In this document: piece after piece, positions 8,943-17,640 of the stretch
How the letters are laid out: every line of letters begins with the position of its first letter
Numbering within the stretch: the first letter of the stretch is position 1
Source: a virus
Virus record (IMG/VR): IMGVR_UViG_3300027852_000039
Span: 1 to 64,000 of that record
Strand: one strand, 5' to 3'
DNA: 64,000 nucleotides
Translations under genes and position numbers: made by a program
The notes under the pieces: model-generated
Told to the model about the DNA's origin: nothing
The model's database searches: none
What the model saw: only the letters and a program-made list of their open reading frames with translations

Positions 8943-10004
8943 ATGGGGGGGCTCCGAAAATGGTTCAAGGTTCCGGTAGAGCTTTTGATGTCAACGCGGT
9001 TTCAACGTCTGTCAGACGAATACGCGGGAAGGCTGTTCAGACTTCTCGGGTTCGTTTGGAGAGACTCTCCCGATCAATTTTCCATACCCTACGACACAGA
9101 GGATCTCTGCAACCTTCTTCGGGGGATCTCCGAGGAAGAGCTTGAGAGAACTCTGTCCAAGCTGGCGAACGGCGATGATCCGATCATTCTGGTCGAGAAC
9201 GATCGTCTCGTCGTCCCATTCCTTCAAGAACAAGCTGAAGACAACGAGAAGGCGGTCGAGCAACGACGGAACGCGGCGCGGTCCCGGTGGGGATCGAGCG
9301 CGTCCGACGATGCGGGAGACATGCGGTCCGCATCCGGGTCGCATACGGGTCGGAATGCGGGTCGCAATGCGGGAGGTGTGCGGTCCGGTATGCGGGGAGG
9401 CATACGGGGATCATGCGGTCCGCAGCAGAATAAAGATGAAAAGATAGAGAGAGAAAGAGAAAGAGAGGTTGAGATGTGTAATAAGGGGGAGATAGGGGGG
9501 AGTGTGAGGGGGGAAAGAGGGGGGGACAACGCTCCCGTCGCTGACGCTTCGGGGTCGTCAGAAAAAAACGCTGACGACACGCTTCCAGGGATCCCGCCTT
9601 CGCGCTCTCGGAAGAAGTTCCCGGATTGTCCTTGCGCGAAGATCATCGAGTCGTATCGGGAGAGACTCGTCCCTCCCCTGGAGGACGCGGTCGATGAGGC
9701 GGTCCTTCGCACTCAGATCCGGAATCGATGGAGGGACGAGAAGGATCGACAGTCGCTTGAATGGTGGGACGCATACTTCGACATCGTCTCCGGGTGTCCG
9801 TATCTCATAGGGAAGGTGAAGGACTGGAGAGCGACGCTCTTGTGGTTGACCGGGAAAAAGAACACGGCGAAGGTTCTCGCGGGTCAGTACGTCCCGAACG
9901 AACTGAAGGGTAAATTCACGACGAAGGGTCTGAAGAACATGAACGTCGCAGCGGACATCATTCGCAAGCTCAGAGAGCAAGAGGAAGGAGAGAAGACAGG
10001 ATGA
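8943..10004 (+). CDS. Phage replication initiator protein
   Basis: N-terminal winged-helix-like region (WFKVPVELL), RRNAARSRW, low-complexity linker, C-terminal WRATLLWL..KVLAGQY; followed by a DUF6475 gene. Confidence 0.7.
   Translation: MGGLRKWFKVPVELLMSTRFQRLSDEYAGRLFRLLGFVWRDSPDQFSIPYDTEDLCNLLRGISEEELERTLSKLANGDDPIILVENDRLVVPFLQEQAEDNEKAVEQRRNAARSRWGSSASDDAGDMRSASGSHTGRNAGRNAGGVRSGMRGGIRGSCGPQQNKDEKIEREREREVEMCNKGEIGGSVRGERGGDNAPVADASGSSEKNADDTLPGIPPSRSRKKFPDCPCAKIIESYRERLVPPLEDAVDEAVLRTQIRNRWRDEKDRQSLEWWDAYFDIVSGCPYLIGKVKDWRATLLWLTGKKNTAKVLAGQYVPNELKGKFTTKGLKNMNVAADIIRKLREQEEGEKTG
9310..9470. repeat. Iteron-like repeats (ATGCGG/ATACGG core, ~11-12 bp period) plus A/G-rich tract; candidate replication origin
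   Basis: Cores at ~9310, 9321, 9343, 9355, 9367, 9390, 9402 and 9413, followed by AAAGATGAAAAGATAGAGAGAGAAAGAG. Confidence 0.6.
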
Positions 10005-10705
10005 AAGAGATTGAGTCGATGACCAGGGAGGAGCGGATCCAGTTCGAGGAGTTCATCCTCATCATGACGGCGATCGCGGAGGAGTACGGGGAAGAGATGT
10101 CTGAACGAAGACACCTTCTCCGATGGCAAGCGTTGAAGCAATACGGGATCATCCGGATCCGGGACGCCACGTCGGAGCATCTCTCGAAGTCGAACTTCTT
10201 CCCGAGGATCCACGACCTTGTCGATCTGATCGAGGGGACCGGAAGAGACGAACTCACCGAAGGCGGGGCGCTCGCGTGGGACGAGTTCATCCGAGCGATG
10301 GAAGGAGTCGGCCGATACAACAGCGTCCGGTTCTTGAACAGAAGGATCAACGCGATCGTTCAAGAGTGGGGAGGATGGGAGCGCGTCTGTACCCTGGAGT
10401 ACGACGAACTCAAATTCAAGCGGAAGGAATTCATCGAACTGTACAAGGCGTTCACGCGTCGAGATTCGGAGACGCTTCCGGAGAGATGCGCGGGTTTGAT
10501 CGAGGGACACAATCAGGGAAGAGAGGATCGCTTGATTGAGACTCCTCCGGACAAGATTGTCGGAAGAGTCGGCGCGATGATCGAGATCCAGGAAGGGGAG
10601 AGTCCGGTCTTGATTAGAGTTGATCTCGCGAAAGAGGGAAGCGAGAAGACGGTTCAGGTTCCGGTACGAGAACTCTTGAGTAAGATCGGGAGGACGAAGA
10701 AATGA
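10001..10705 (+). CDS. DUF6475-like replication protein (helicase loader-like position)
   Basis: FFPRIHDL, AW..F..AM..VG.YNSV.F.N..I..IVQEWGGW..VC, FKRKEFI..Y. Confidence 0.7.
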   Translation: MKEIESMTREERIQFEEFILIMTAIAEEYGEEMSERRHLLRWQALKQYGIIRIRDATSEHLSKSNFFPRIHDLVDLIEGTGRDELTEGGALAWDEFIRAMEGVGRYNSVRFLNRRINAIVQEWGGWERVCTLEYDELKFKRKEFIELYKAFTRRDSETLPERCAGLIEGHNQGREDRLIETPPDKIVGRVGAMIEIQEGESPVLIRVDLAKEGSEKTVQVPVRELLSKIGRTKK

Positions 10706-11040
10706 AAGAGGGAGAGCTTCGTAAATTGGAATTGACGACCGAGAGAATCGATCTCATGAACTCGTTTGTTGAACTTTTTGAGCTTGCCGACTGGTCCGCA
10801 ACGCAGATCTTCAAGCAACTTTGTCAGAAGGCGATCGAGGGAAAGCACGGATGGAGAGACAGCGGCTATCATAGAGAGCTTGAAGGAGATATCAGCTACA
10901 ACGTGAAGGATATCCTCGATCATTTCGAAAAGGTGAAGATGTTGCAGTTCGACAGCAAGACCACGATCGTCGATCTCGTGAATTTGTTGATCTTTCGTCT
11001 GTGGTGGCTTTACGAAACGAACGGAGCGAATGAGGAATGA
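10702..11040 (+). CDS. Hypothetical protein
   Basis: ATGA-coupled ORF. Confidence 0.6.
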   Translation: MKEGELRKLELTTERIDLMNSFVELFELADWSATQIFKQLCQKAIEGKHGWRDSGYHRELEGDISYNVKDILDHFEKVKMLQFDSKTTIVDLVNLLIFRLWWLYETNGANEE

Positions 11041-11426
11041 ACGGACAACACGATTCCGATTGGGATGTTGATACAGACGGATTTCGGACAATCTCAGAAG
11101 TGAAGATCACGCTCGTCGACGGGACACGTCTGACCATGAGTCCGAAGGCATTCCGGATGCAAATGTCGATCGTTGATTCCAAGAGGAAAGCGAACGCGCT
11201 CCGGATCCCGCTGTACTTCAAGAGCGAGATGGATCGTGTCCACAAGAAACCGGACGACGTCGCATTCAGAATTACGCTTGCGACCGAATACATCAAGCAA
11301 GAAAAGATCGGGGAAGACCCCGTTCACATAGTTTCGAATTCGCTGAAGAAGAAGATCCCGAAAGACCGGACTCGAAGGATCGTTCGTCCCAATCAACCCG
11401 AAGAAGAAGAGGAGAAGGAAGAATGA
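11037..11426 (+). CDS. Hypothetical protein with C-terminal RRIVRP motif
   Basis: ATGA-coupled ORF. Confidence 0.65.
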   Translation: MNGQHDSDWDVDTDGFRTISEVKITLVDGTRLTMSPKAFRMQMSIVDSKRKANALRIPLYFKSEMDRVHKKPDDVAFRITLATEYIKQEKIGEDPVHIVSNSLKKKIPKDRTRRIVRPNQPEEEEEKEE

Positions 11427-11899
11427 AACCAGGATTAAAATCGTACGAGTCCGCTATCGTTCTTGCTCTCGTCTGTTGCGTTCTTGCCACCGTGGTCGTG
11501 GCGAACCGATGTGAGGAGAAGGGGGAAATTCAGGGGGACTTTCCGACAGAGATGTCGGGAGACTCAGAGTTCATTTATCAGGACGATCCGAAATATGATT
11601 ACGTCCCTCCCGGAGATCTCCCGGACACGTCGGACATTGCTCCGATCAGGTTCGCTGTGGAAGCAACGACCGCCAAGATCGCGGCGATGGCATCGGACGA
11701 TCTTGCAACCATACATTTCTATTTCGAAGGCGAAGAGGTCGGGATCATGTCGTGGAAGGACAGCGACGGCGACGGCGAACTCGAACTTACGTGGGAAGGG
11801 ATCTCTGTTGAGAAGAGCGGACAAGCTCTCATCGAATGGTTGAAACAGAGCGGACGTGTCTGTACGTGTCCGCAGAAAGGAGCGTCTATGGTCGACTGA
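11423..11899 (+). CDS. Membrane-anchored/secreted acidic protein
   Basis: Hydrophobic N-terminal helix AIVLALVCCVLATVVVA. Confidence 0.6.
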   Translation: MKPGLKSYESAIVLALVCCVLATVVVANRCEEKGEIQGDFPTEMSGDSEFIYQDDPKYDYVPPGDLPDTSDIAPIRFAVEATTAKIAAMASDDLATIHFYFEGEEVGIMSWKDSDGDGELELTWEGISVEKSGQALIEWLKQSGRVCTCPQKGASMVD

Positions 11900-11987
11900 C
11901 TCAGTGACGCAGCGACGACAGGGAATCAAGAAGGTAGGGGAGGTTGAATCTTTAGACGGGTGGGTTTGGTGGGACAAAGGAGAAACC

Positions 11988-12679
11988 ATGACGAAAAAGA
12001 AAGATGGAAAGATCACCGAAAAGGAACAGATTCCTGGAGAGAAGCTCAACTTCATGACGACTGTTCTCGGAAACGGAATCGCGGATATGCTTTTTCTATT
12101 CGAACAGAAAACAGGAGTCGAAGTTCTCGCGCTGGATATTCACAGAAGAAGAGGACGGACGTGTAATCATTGCCAAATGCGAAACATCAAAATCGTGGTC
12201 CACGTTCACACAAACTATCCGGGACGATTAGATCCGGACAACGTTCCTCGTGAACATCGCCATCTCGTCAACGTAGATCTCGAACGGAAGATGGTAAAAA
12301 AGATCGTCCGAAGACGAGAAAAGAGTTCGTTCTCATCGGGTACACGGAAAAGGAGAAGGCGAGGCTCCGACGCGCAATCGTGGCGGCGTCGAATCAGGGA
12401 TACACGGAAACTCCAGAAGAAATGGGGCGATGTCTTGACAAGGAACGGGTTCTCGCGCTCGCCGTTCGGAAGGAGGTCGGGATGTGTCTTGGGCGATTCA
12501 GGAATCGGACGAAAGATTTCGCGTGGATTGAAGCAATCCGAGATGCGAACGGACGCCATAGAATGAACCTCGAAGCGCTCGTAAAAGAACTCGGACATCT
12601 CAAATGGTCGATCGAAAGTTATCTTGAGGACCAGGGAGCCGAGATTCAACGCAGGATCGTATTGGAGGGGGGCACATGA
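11988..12679 (+). CDS. Hypothetical protein, probably spanning a -1 frameshift at A_AAA_AAG (12296-12302)
   Basis: Frame 0 (11988-12566) becomes Arg/Ser-rich nonsense after the heptamer, while the -1 frame is open 12254-12679 and reads as protein paralogous to 12676-12918. Confidence 0.45.
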
Positions 12680-12918
12680 ACAAGACACTCGAAACCCTCG
12701 TCGACGTCGTCAAAGACCTAGAATTCATGAGACAGAAGGTTCGGTCCTATGCGTTCGTTCAAGACTACATCGATCAGAACGGGGTTCCGATGGTTACTGT
12801 TGAGAGCGTGCTCCGAGAACTCTGTTATCTTCAATGGGCGATGGAGTTCGTTCTCGTTCAACAGGGAATCACAATCAAGAGGGAGCTTCTTGTCGAGGAA
12901 ACCGAGGAGACTTTTTGA
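12676..12918 (+). CDS. Hypothetical protein, paralog of the 12422-12679 C-terminal region
   Basis: D.NG.....E....EL..L.W..E..L..QG..I.R alignment. Confidence 0.65.
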   Translation: MNKTLETLVDVVKDLEFMRQKVRSYAFVQDYIDQNGVPMVTVESVLRELCYLQWAMEFVLVQQGITIKRELLVEETEETF

Positions 12919-13748
12919 TGAACAAGACGGGGATAGAGTGGGCGACCAAGACGGTGAATCCGATCGTAGGATGTACAGAGATCTCTGAAGCGTGCGAGAA
13001 TTGCTACGCGAGATTTTGGGCTTATCGACAGTACAGGATCTCGAAGGCGCTCGACGAACATGTTCGAGCGGCGCGATACAAGAAGACCGTCACGGAGAAG
13101 GGAAGAGCATGGACGGGACATCTGTCGTGGTTTCCCGAGCGATTGTCCGACATGAGGAAGCGGACGAAAGGAAAGAGAGAGCACGTGTTCGTCGGGTCGC
13201 TTACGGACCTGTTCCACAAGAACGTCGAGGACGAATGGAGAGACAAGATCTTCAGCGCGATCCGTCAATCTCCGGGGAACACGTACATGATCCTCACGAA
13301 GCGAGAGCGCGCGATGCAAAGGTACTGGAAGAGCTTGAAGGAAAAGGAGCGTCCTCGGAACCTATGGTTAGGAGTGACCGCAGAAAACCAGAAGCGCGCG
13401 GATCAACGGATTCCTGTCTTGCTCTCTCTTCCGGGAGTGTCCATGTACTTCGTGAGCGGAGAACCTCTCCTTGAGGATGTCGACTGGCGTCCGTATCTTG
13501 CGAAACGCTTGCGCGGACTGCGAAGCGGGGGATCCACGCACGACTGCGATCCAGGCGCGCGCGTGAATTGGTTGATCGTGGGAGCGGAGACGGGATCGAA
13601 CAAGCGAGAATTCCGGGTCGAATGGGGATACTCGTCGCTCGCGCAAGCGAGGAACGCGGGGATCCCGTTCTTCTTCAAAGGGATGAGAGGACGGAAAGAT
13701 CCTCCGAAGGATCTACTCGTCCGGGAATTTCCGAAGGTGAGAAAATGA
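12918..13748 (+). CDS. Phage Gp37/Gp68 (DUF5131) family protein
   Basis: KTGIEWA..T.NPIVGC..IS..C.NCYA, VFVGSLTDLFH, ILTKR, SGEPLL, WLIVGAETG, PFFFK. Confidence 0.9.
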   Translation: MNKTGIEWATKTVNPIVGCTEISEACENCYARFWAYRQYRISKALDEHVRAARYKKTVTEKGRAWTGHLSWFPERLSDMRKRTKGKREHVFVGSLTDLFHKNVEDEWRDKIFSAIRQSPGNTYMILTKRERAMQRYWKSLKEKERPRNLWLGVTAENQKRADQRIPVLLSLPGVSMYFVSGEPLLEDVDWRPYLAKRLRGLRSGGSTHDCDPGARVNWLIVGAETGSNKREFRVEWGYSSLAQARNAGIPFFFKGMRGRKDPPKDLLVREFPKVRK

Positions 13749-14014
13749 GAATGAACAACAGAAGAGGAACGAGCGTGGGAAAGAAACCCATTCGTGCGAA
13801 GATCGAGACGTGTCCGACTTGTGAGGGGAAAGGAAAGATCAGCGTTATCGCGACAGAGAGTCTTCGCGAGATGCGCGAGTCGCGGGGGATCACGATGACC
13901 GAGGTTGCGCGGCGCTTGAAGCTCTCACTCCCTTACCTCTCAGACGTTGAAAAGGGGAACCGTCAACCAACAAGAAAGATCCTGGATATGTATAGGGAGA
14001 TCGAAAGGCAATGA
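13745..14014 (+). CDS. XRE-family HTH protein with zinc knuckle
   Basis: CPTCEGKG; LREMRESRGITMTEVARRL.LS..YLSDVEKGNR.P. Confidence 0.85.
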   Translation: MRMNNRRGTSVGKKPIRAKIETCPTCEGKGKISVIATESLREMRESRGITMTEVARRLKLSLPYLSDVEKGNRQPTRKILDMYREIERQ

Positions 14015-14208
14015 CACAAACAAGGCAATCGCTGCAATTCGAGGACGTCGTTAAAGTCACTCTGGAGATGTCAAGGGGAGACAAGCTCGAGCTTAAGCCC
14101 GCGCGATGTAGAGGGGAACTATCTTGTATGACGGACACAAGAGAATTCTTCACCATACCTGTGATCTTGAACTCTTGAGAGAGAAAGACGACGAACTTCG
14201 GGAGAGAC

Positions 14209-14706
14209 ATGGACGGATCTGAACTAAACGATGTTTGCTTCTTCTGTGAAGTGGAGAAGAAGTCCCGAATCGATGGTCGGAAGAAGATCATTCACAAGGG
14301 GATCGACACGGAGAGACTGAAGTTTCCGAGCGGAGATCTCGAAAGAGCTTTCGCGAGGCTATGGGAAAAACAGAACAAGCGTCGTCCAGGCTTGAACTAC
14401 GGAATGGGGACACTTCAAGATCTCATGGTTCGACGAAGCGAGTCCGCTCCGTACGGTCATTCGGTCCCGTATTGGATAACGCAGAGGGAAGCGACGATCG
14501 TCGCGACTATCATTCAGTGGCTCGGAACGAATTGTGGGTTCGCCTTTCTGTGTCAAGCGCTTGGAGATTGCGATATTCACGTCGAGAGCACGGAAGCTTA
14601 TAACGAGAGACTCAAAAAGACCAACAGGAAGTTCCGAGAAGCAGAGGAGCATAAACGAACGCGGACGCGACGAGTCGTCCGTCCAGGAGGAGCGAGCGAT
14701 GAGTAA
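14209..14706 (+). CDS. Hypothetical protein with C-terminal RRVVRP motif
   Basis: ERAFA..W, TQREATIVATIIQWLGTNCG (conserved-looking phage family). Confidence 0.65.
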   Translation: MDGSELNDVCFFCEVEKKSRIDGRKKIIHKGIDTERLKFPSGDLERAFARLWEKQNKRRPGLNYGMGTLQDLMVRRSESAPYGHSVPYWITQREATIVATIIQWLGTNCGFAFLCQALGDCDIHVESTEAYNERLKKTNRKFREAEEHKRTRTRRVVRPGGASDE

Positions 14707-14911
14707 GAAGGGAGAAGACACTCCGATAACGATGCAAGTGAAGGAGTCAGATCTTCGTATGATTCAGAGTAAATGTAACGAGATCCTTCATCCATCTTGT
14801 GCGTGGAACAAAGATCCGCTGAAGACAGCGGAGCAAGCGATCGAGAACATGAAGGCGTCGGCAATAACGATCCTACAGACTGTAACGAGGATATTTCCCA
14901 GCCGTGCCTAG
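14699..14911 (+). CDS. Hypothetical protein
   Basis: GGAGG RBS, coupled. Confidence 0.55.
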   Translation: MSKKGEDTPITMQVKESDLRMIQSKCNEILHPSCAWNKDPLKTAEQAIENMKASAITILQTVTRIFPSRA

Positions 14912-15116
14912 CGAAACGTACATGAGGGTTTCAAGAATCGTGGGATGGAGCGAGAAAGAAATCTATAATTATCCTCTGATCGATCGAGTTCGGAGCGAGA
15001 AGGATATGACGAAGTTTCTTCGATGGCATCGCTTCTTGAGACATCCGAGGACGGAGGAAGAGGAAGAGATCATCGCAATCATAAAAGAAAAGCTGGAGGA
15101 TCTGTGGAATGACTAA
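14904..15116 (+). CDS. Hypothetical protein (N-terminus resembles the NrdD C-terminal peptide YMRVSRIVGW)
   Basis: ORF track; weak motif. Confidence 0.45.
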   Translation: MPSETYMRVSRIVGWSEKEIYNYPLIDRVRSEKDMTKFLRWHRFLRHPRTEEEEEIIAIIKEKLEDLWND

Positions 15117-15393
15117 AAAGCGCAAAAAGGAAGAGAGAAGAGGAAAGCCCGTGTTCGCTATTTCACAAGTGGATGACCTTCTGAAGGATGGATATGTTCA
15201 AGACTGTCCGTTCTCGATAAATGAGCGCCCTTGTGGAAACTGGTGTCCGTTCTTCGAGAAGCTCATGGAGCCGACGCGCGGGCTGATCATAATCTTCAAT
15301 TGCAACGAGTCCATCAGTGGCACCTTCCAGGTCGATATTTCGGAAAGCGAGACTCCGAAGATCGGGAAGGAAGCGGAGGAACCCAAACAGTGA
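15109..15393 (+). CDS. Hypothetical Cys-rich protein
   Basis: CPF....PCGNWCPFF. Confidence 0.6.
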   Translation: MTKKRKKEERRGKPVFAISQVDDLLKDGYVQDCPFSINERPCGNWCPFFEKLMEPTRGLIIIFNCNESISGTFQVDISESETPKIGKEAEEPKQ

Positions 15394-15968
15394 GGATTTG
15401 TGCAATTGATACGGATACGCGCTCCCCCGGTTACGCGATTTTCGACGGTGTCAAGTGTATCGAACATGGAATCATCCCGCTCAAGAGAGGGAATCGAATC
15501 AGAGATGTCTTCGCAAAGTGGATGCTGGACCTTGTGTCTCGATCTGATATTCTGGTCATAGAGGATCAGTTCATCCCGAAGAAGAAACCGAATGTCGCGA
15601 AGTCGATGTTGTACCTTGCGGCGGCGAGAGGGAAGCTCGAACTCTTTTTCGAACTGGAAGGGAAGCGCGTCGTTCGCTTGATGGCGTTCAAGTGGCAGAG
15701 CGATGTTCTGTGGACGACCGCGCGGAAAAACAAACCCTGGATGAACCGGGAGGAAGCGGAGCGACGGACGAAGATGGTCGCGGAGGAGATCGTCGGAGGG
15801 GGGGTCACGAACGCGGACGTCGCGAGCGCGATCTGTATCGGGAGCTATTTCGCGAGACTCTATCAGGTCCACGGGGATCTCGCGCTCGATATAGCGACAC
15901 AGTCGAAGAAGAAAACCAAGGTGAGCGCAACGAAAAGGGGTCAAACAAGAGGAGGAAAGAAAAGATGA
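15390..15968 (+). CDS. RuvC-like Holliday junction resolvase
   Basis: ICAIDT....GYAIF, LVIEDQF, W, NADVASAICIG. Confidence 0.75.
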   Translation: MRICAIDTDTRSPGYAIFDGVKCIEHGIIPLKRGNRIRDVFAKWMLDLVSRSDILVIEDQFIPKKKPNVAKSMLYLAAARGKLELFFELEGKRVVRLMAFKWQSDVLWTTARKNKPWMNREEAERRTKMVAEEIVGGGVTNADVASAICIGSYFARLYQVHGDLALDIATQSKKKTKVSATKRGQTRGGKKR

Positions 15969-16411
15969 GTACGAAAACCCTCAGACAAGAATGGACATTC
16001 TTACACACGATTCTCGTGACGATGGCGGCGCTTATTAGCGTTCTGTTGCTTTTTCAGGGACGCGTCTCGGGAGCGGATATCGAAGCGTGGGTTACTCCGG
16101 GGGAACCGTTCAATATTGGGTGGGCGGCGGCGAATCCTCCGGGAGATGGATACGAGGTCGAGCGATCGATGAACGGCGCAGCATGGGCGCTCCTTGGACA
16201 GACGACCGAGCAAGCTCAGTTCACGGAGATGCTCACCGGAGGAGCGGCGCAGTACAAGGTCAAAGCGTACAACCTGATTTCGTACACGGATCTCGACGGG
16301 ACGCACGAGTCGAGACAGTACGGACCTTATTCAGAGATCTCTTTGACGTTCATCGCGGGAGAGGAACCCGAAGAGCCTGGACCTTGCGGAAGACCCGGAC
16401 TTCTCCAATAG
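15965..16411 (+). CDS. Secreted fibronectin type III-like domain protein
   Basis: Hydrophobic signal/TM segment, then IGW.....GYEVERS.NG..W, YKVKAYN, GPYSE. Confidence 0.65.
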   Translation: MSTKTLRQEWTFLHTILVTMAALISVLLLFQGRVSGADIEAWVTPGEPFNIGWAAANPPGDGYEVERSMNGAAWALLGQTTEQAQFTEMLTGGAAQYKVKAYNLISYTDLDGTHESRQYGPYSEISLTFIAGEEPEEPGPCGRPGLLQ

Positions 16412-16423
16412 GAGGGAGATCGA

Positions 16424-16885
16424 ATGCCCGATCCCGGATCCATTCCTCCGTTCGAGATCTACGTTGACGAGATGGCGATGTTCACGAGGAACGTTGTCCG
16501 GATCTACGTGAAGGTCAGAGCGAACTATTCCCTCGGGATGATCTCAAACCCGGACGTCATTGAAGCGAACAAGGAACACCTTCTCCGACCGGACGGGAAG
16601 GGAGAGTTTGAAGTCGTCCCCTACGATCAGACGATGGTCAGAACGATCGACGAGAACGATTACTTCCTGGACATCCCTCGTCCGTTATTCGAGCATCTTC
16701 TCGAAGCGATGCTGAAGTATGCGAAGAGGAACGGAATCGAACCCGATTCTCTTGCGGACCTGAAAGCGACACTGAGGGCGAAGGAAGAACATCTCGAAGA
16801 CTTCCGGAATCTCGTTCAACAGAAGTTCAACATCACGCTTCCTCAACGTCGTGTCGTGAGGGGAGGTTCTGAGAATGGAAAGTGA
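16424..16885 (+). CDS. Hypothetical protein with C-terminal RRVVRG
   Basis: GGAGG RBS; EHLEDFR coiled-coil. Confidence 0.65.
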   Translation: MPDPGSIPPFEIYVDEMAMFTRNVVRIYVKVRANYSLGMISNPDVIEANKEHLLRPDGKGEFEVVPYDQTMVRTIDENDYFLDIPRPLFEHLLEAMLKYAKRNGIEPDSLADLKATLRAKEEHLEDFRNLVQQKFNITLPQRRVVRGGSENGK

Positions 16886-17285
16886 TCGAGAATACATCGA
16901 CATCGAGGTCGTCATGGACTGGAGCGATCCGGGTCCGGAGGGGATGTCTGTTCGTCCTGGAGCGCTGAAGGTCGACGAGTACATGAAGAACTCCGTCGTT
17001 CTTTCGAGCTTCGATGTGAGGACTCCTCCGGTCGGAAAGACGACGGAGATCGAGTTCGGTGAGGACGGGAAGTGTCGGATCAAGATGAAGATCGAACGCA
17101 CGTACGCGGAAGCGATCCTCGAAGGCGCGATGTTTGCGAACCCTGGATTCATCGCGAAGAAGTGGACCGAGAAGGACGACGGGACGAAGGAGTACGAAGA
17201 GGGCGATCTTCTCTCCATTGGACTCGTCGCGAAACCTCCCGCTGAGAGTCAAGACAATGGCGAAGATCCCGGATCTAAAGGCTAA
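16875..17285 (+). CDS. Hypothetical protein (weak resemblance to an HK97 prohead-protease fold)
   Basis: YMKNSVVL.SFD...PPVGK, ..LLSIGLVAKP. Confidence 0.45.
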   Translation: MESDREYIDIEVVMDWSDPGPEGMSVRPGALKVDEYMKNSVVLSSFDVRTPPVGKTTEIEFGEDGKCRIKMKIERTYAEAILEGAMFANPGFIAKKWTEKDDGTKEYEEGDLLSIGLVAKPPAESQDNGEDPGSKG

Positions 17286-17640
17286 GGTTGACGTGTCGTT
17301 GTCCGAACAGTTGAAGATTTTTGTTGAGATAATGAGGGCGTTCGGGATCTCGACAGTGGATGCGGCGAAGAACTTCGAAGAGTTCGGGAAAGCGATGAAG
17401 AAGATTCAGCCGAAGAACCCGGACGCGGTTGAGATGGATCTCCCCCCTTACGATGACGGTCTTTCGGATTTCTGCAAGAACACGGTCGCGATAGGAGAAC
17501 AGGGAAAACCGCAACAGGTCACGAGCTGGAAGGCCACGATCGGACCGACCGGAAGATTTCCCGCGACCTTCCCGATGGAAGCATCCAAAGGAAGCGACGG
17601 ATTGTACAACCCACAAACGGAAAAGAAGGAGGAGTCGAAG

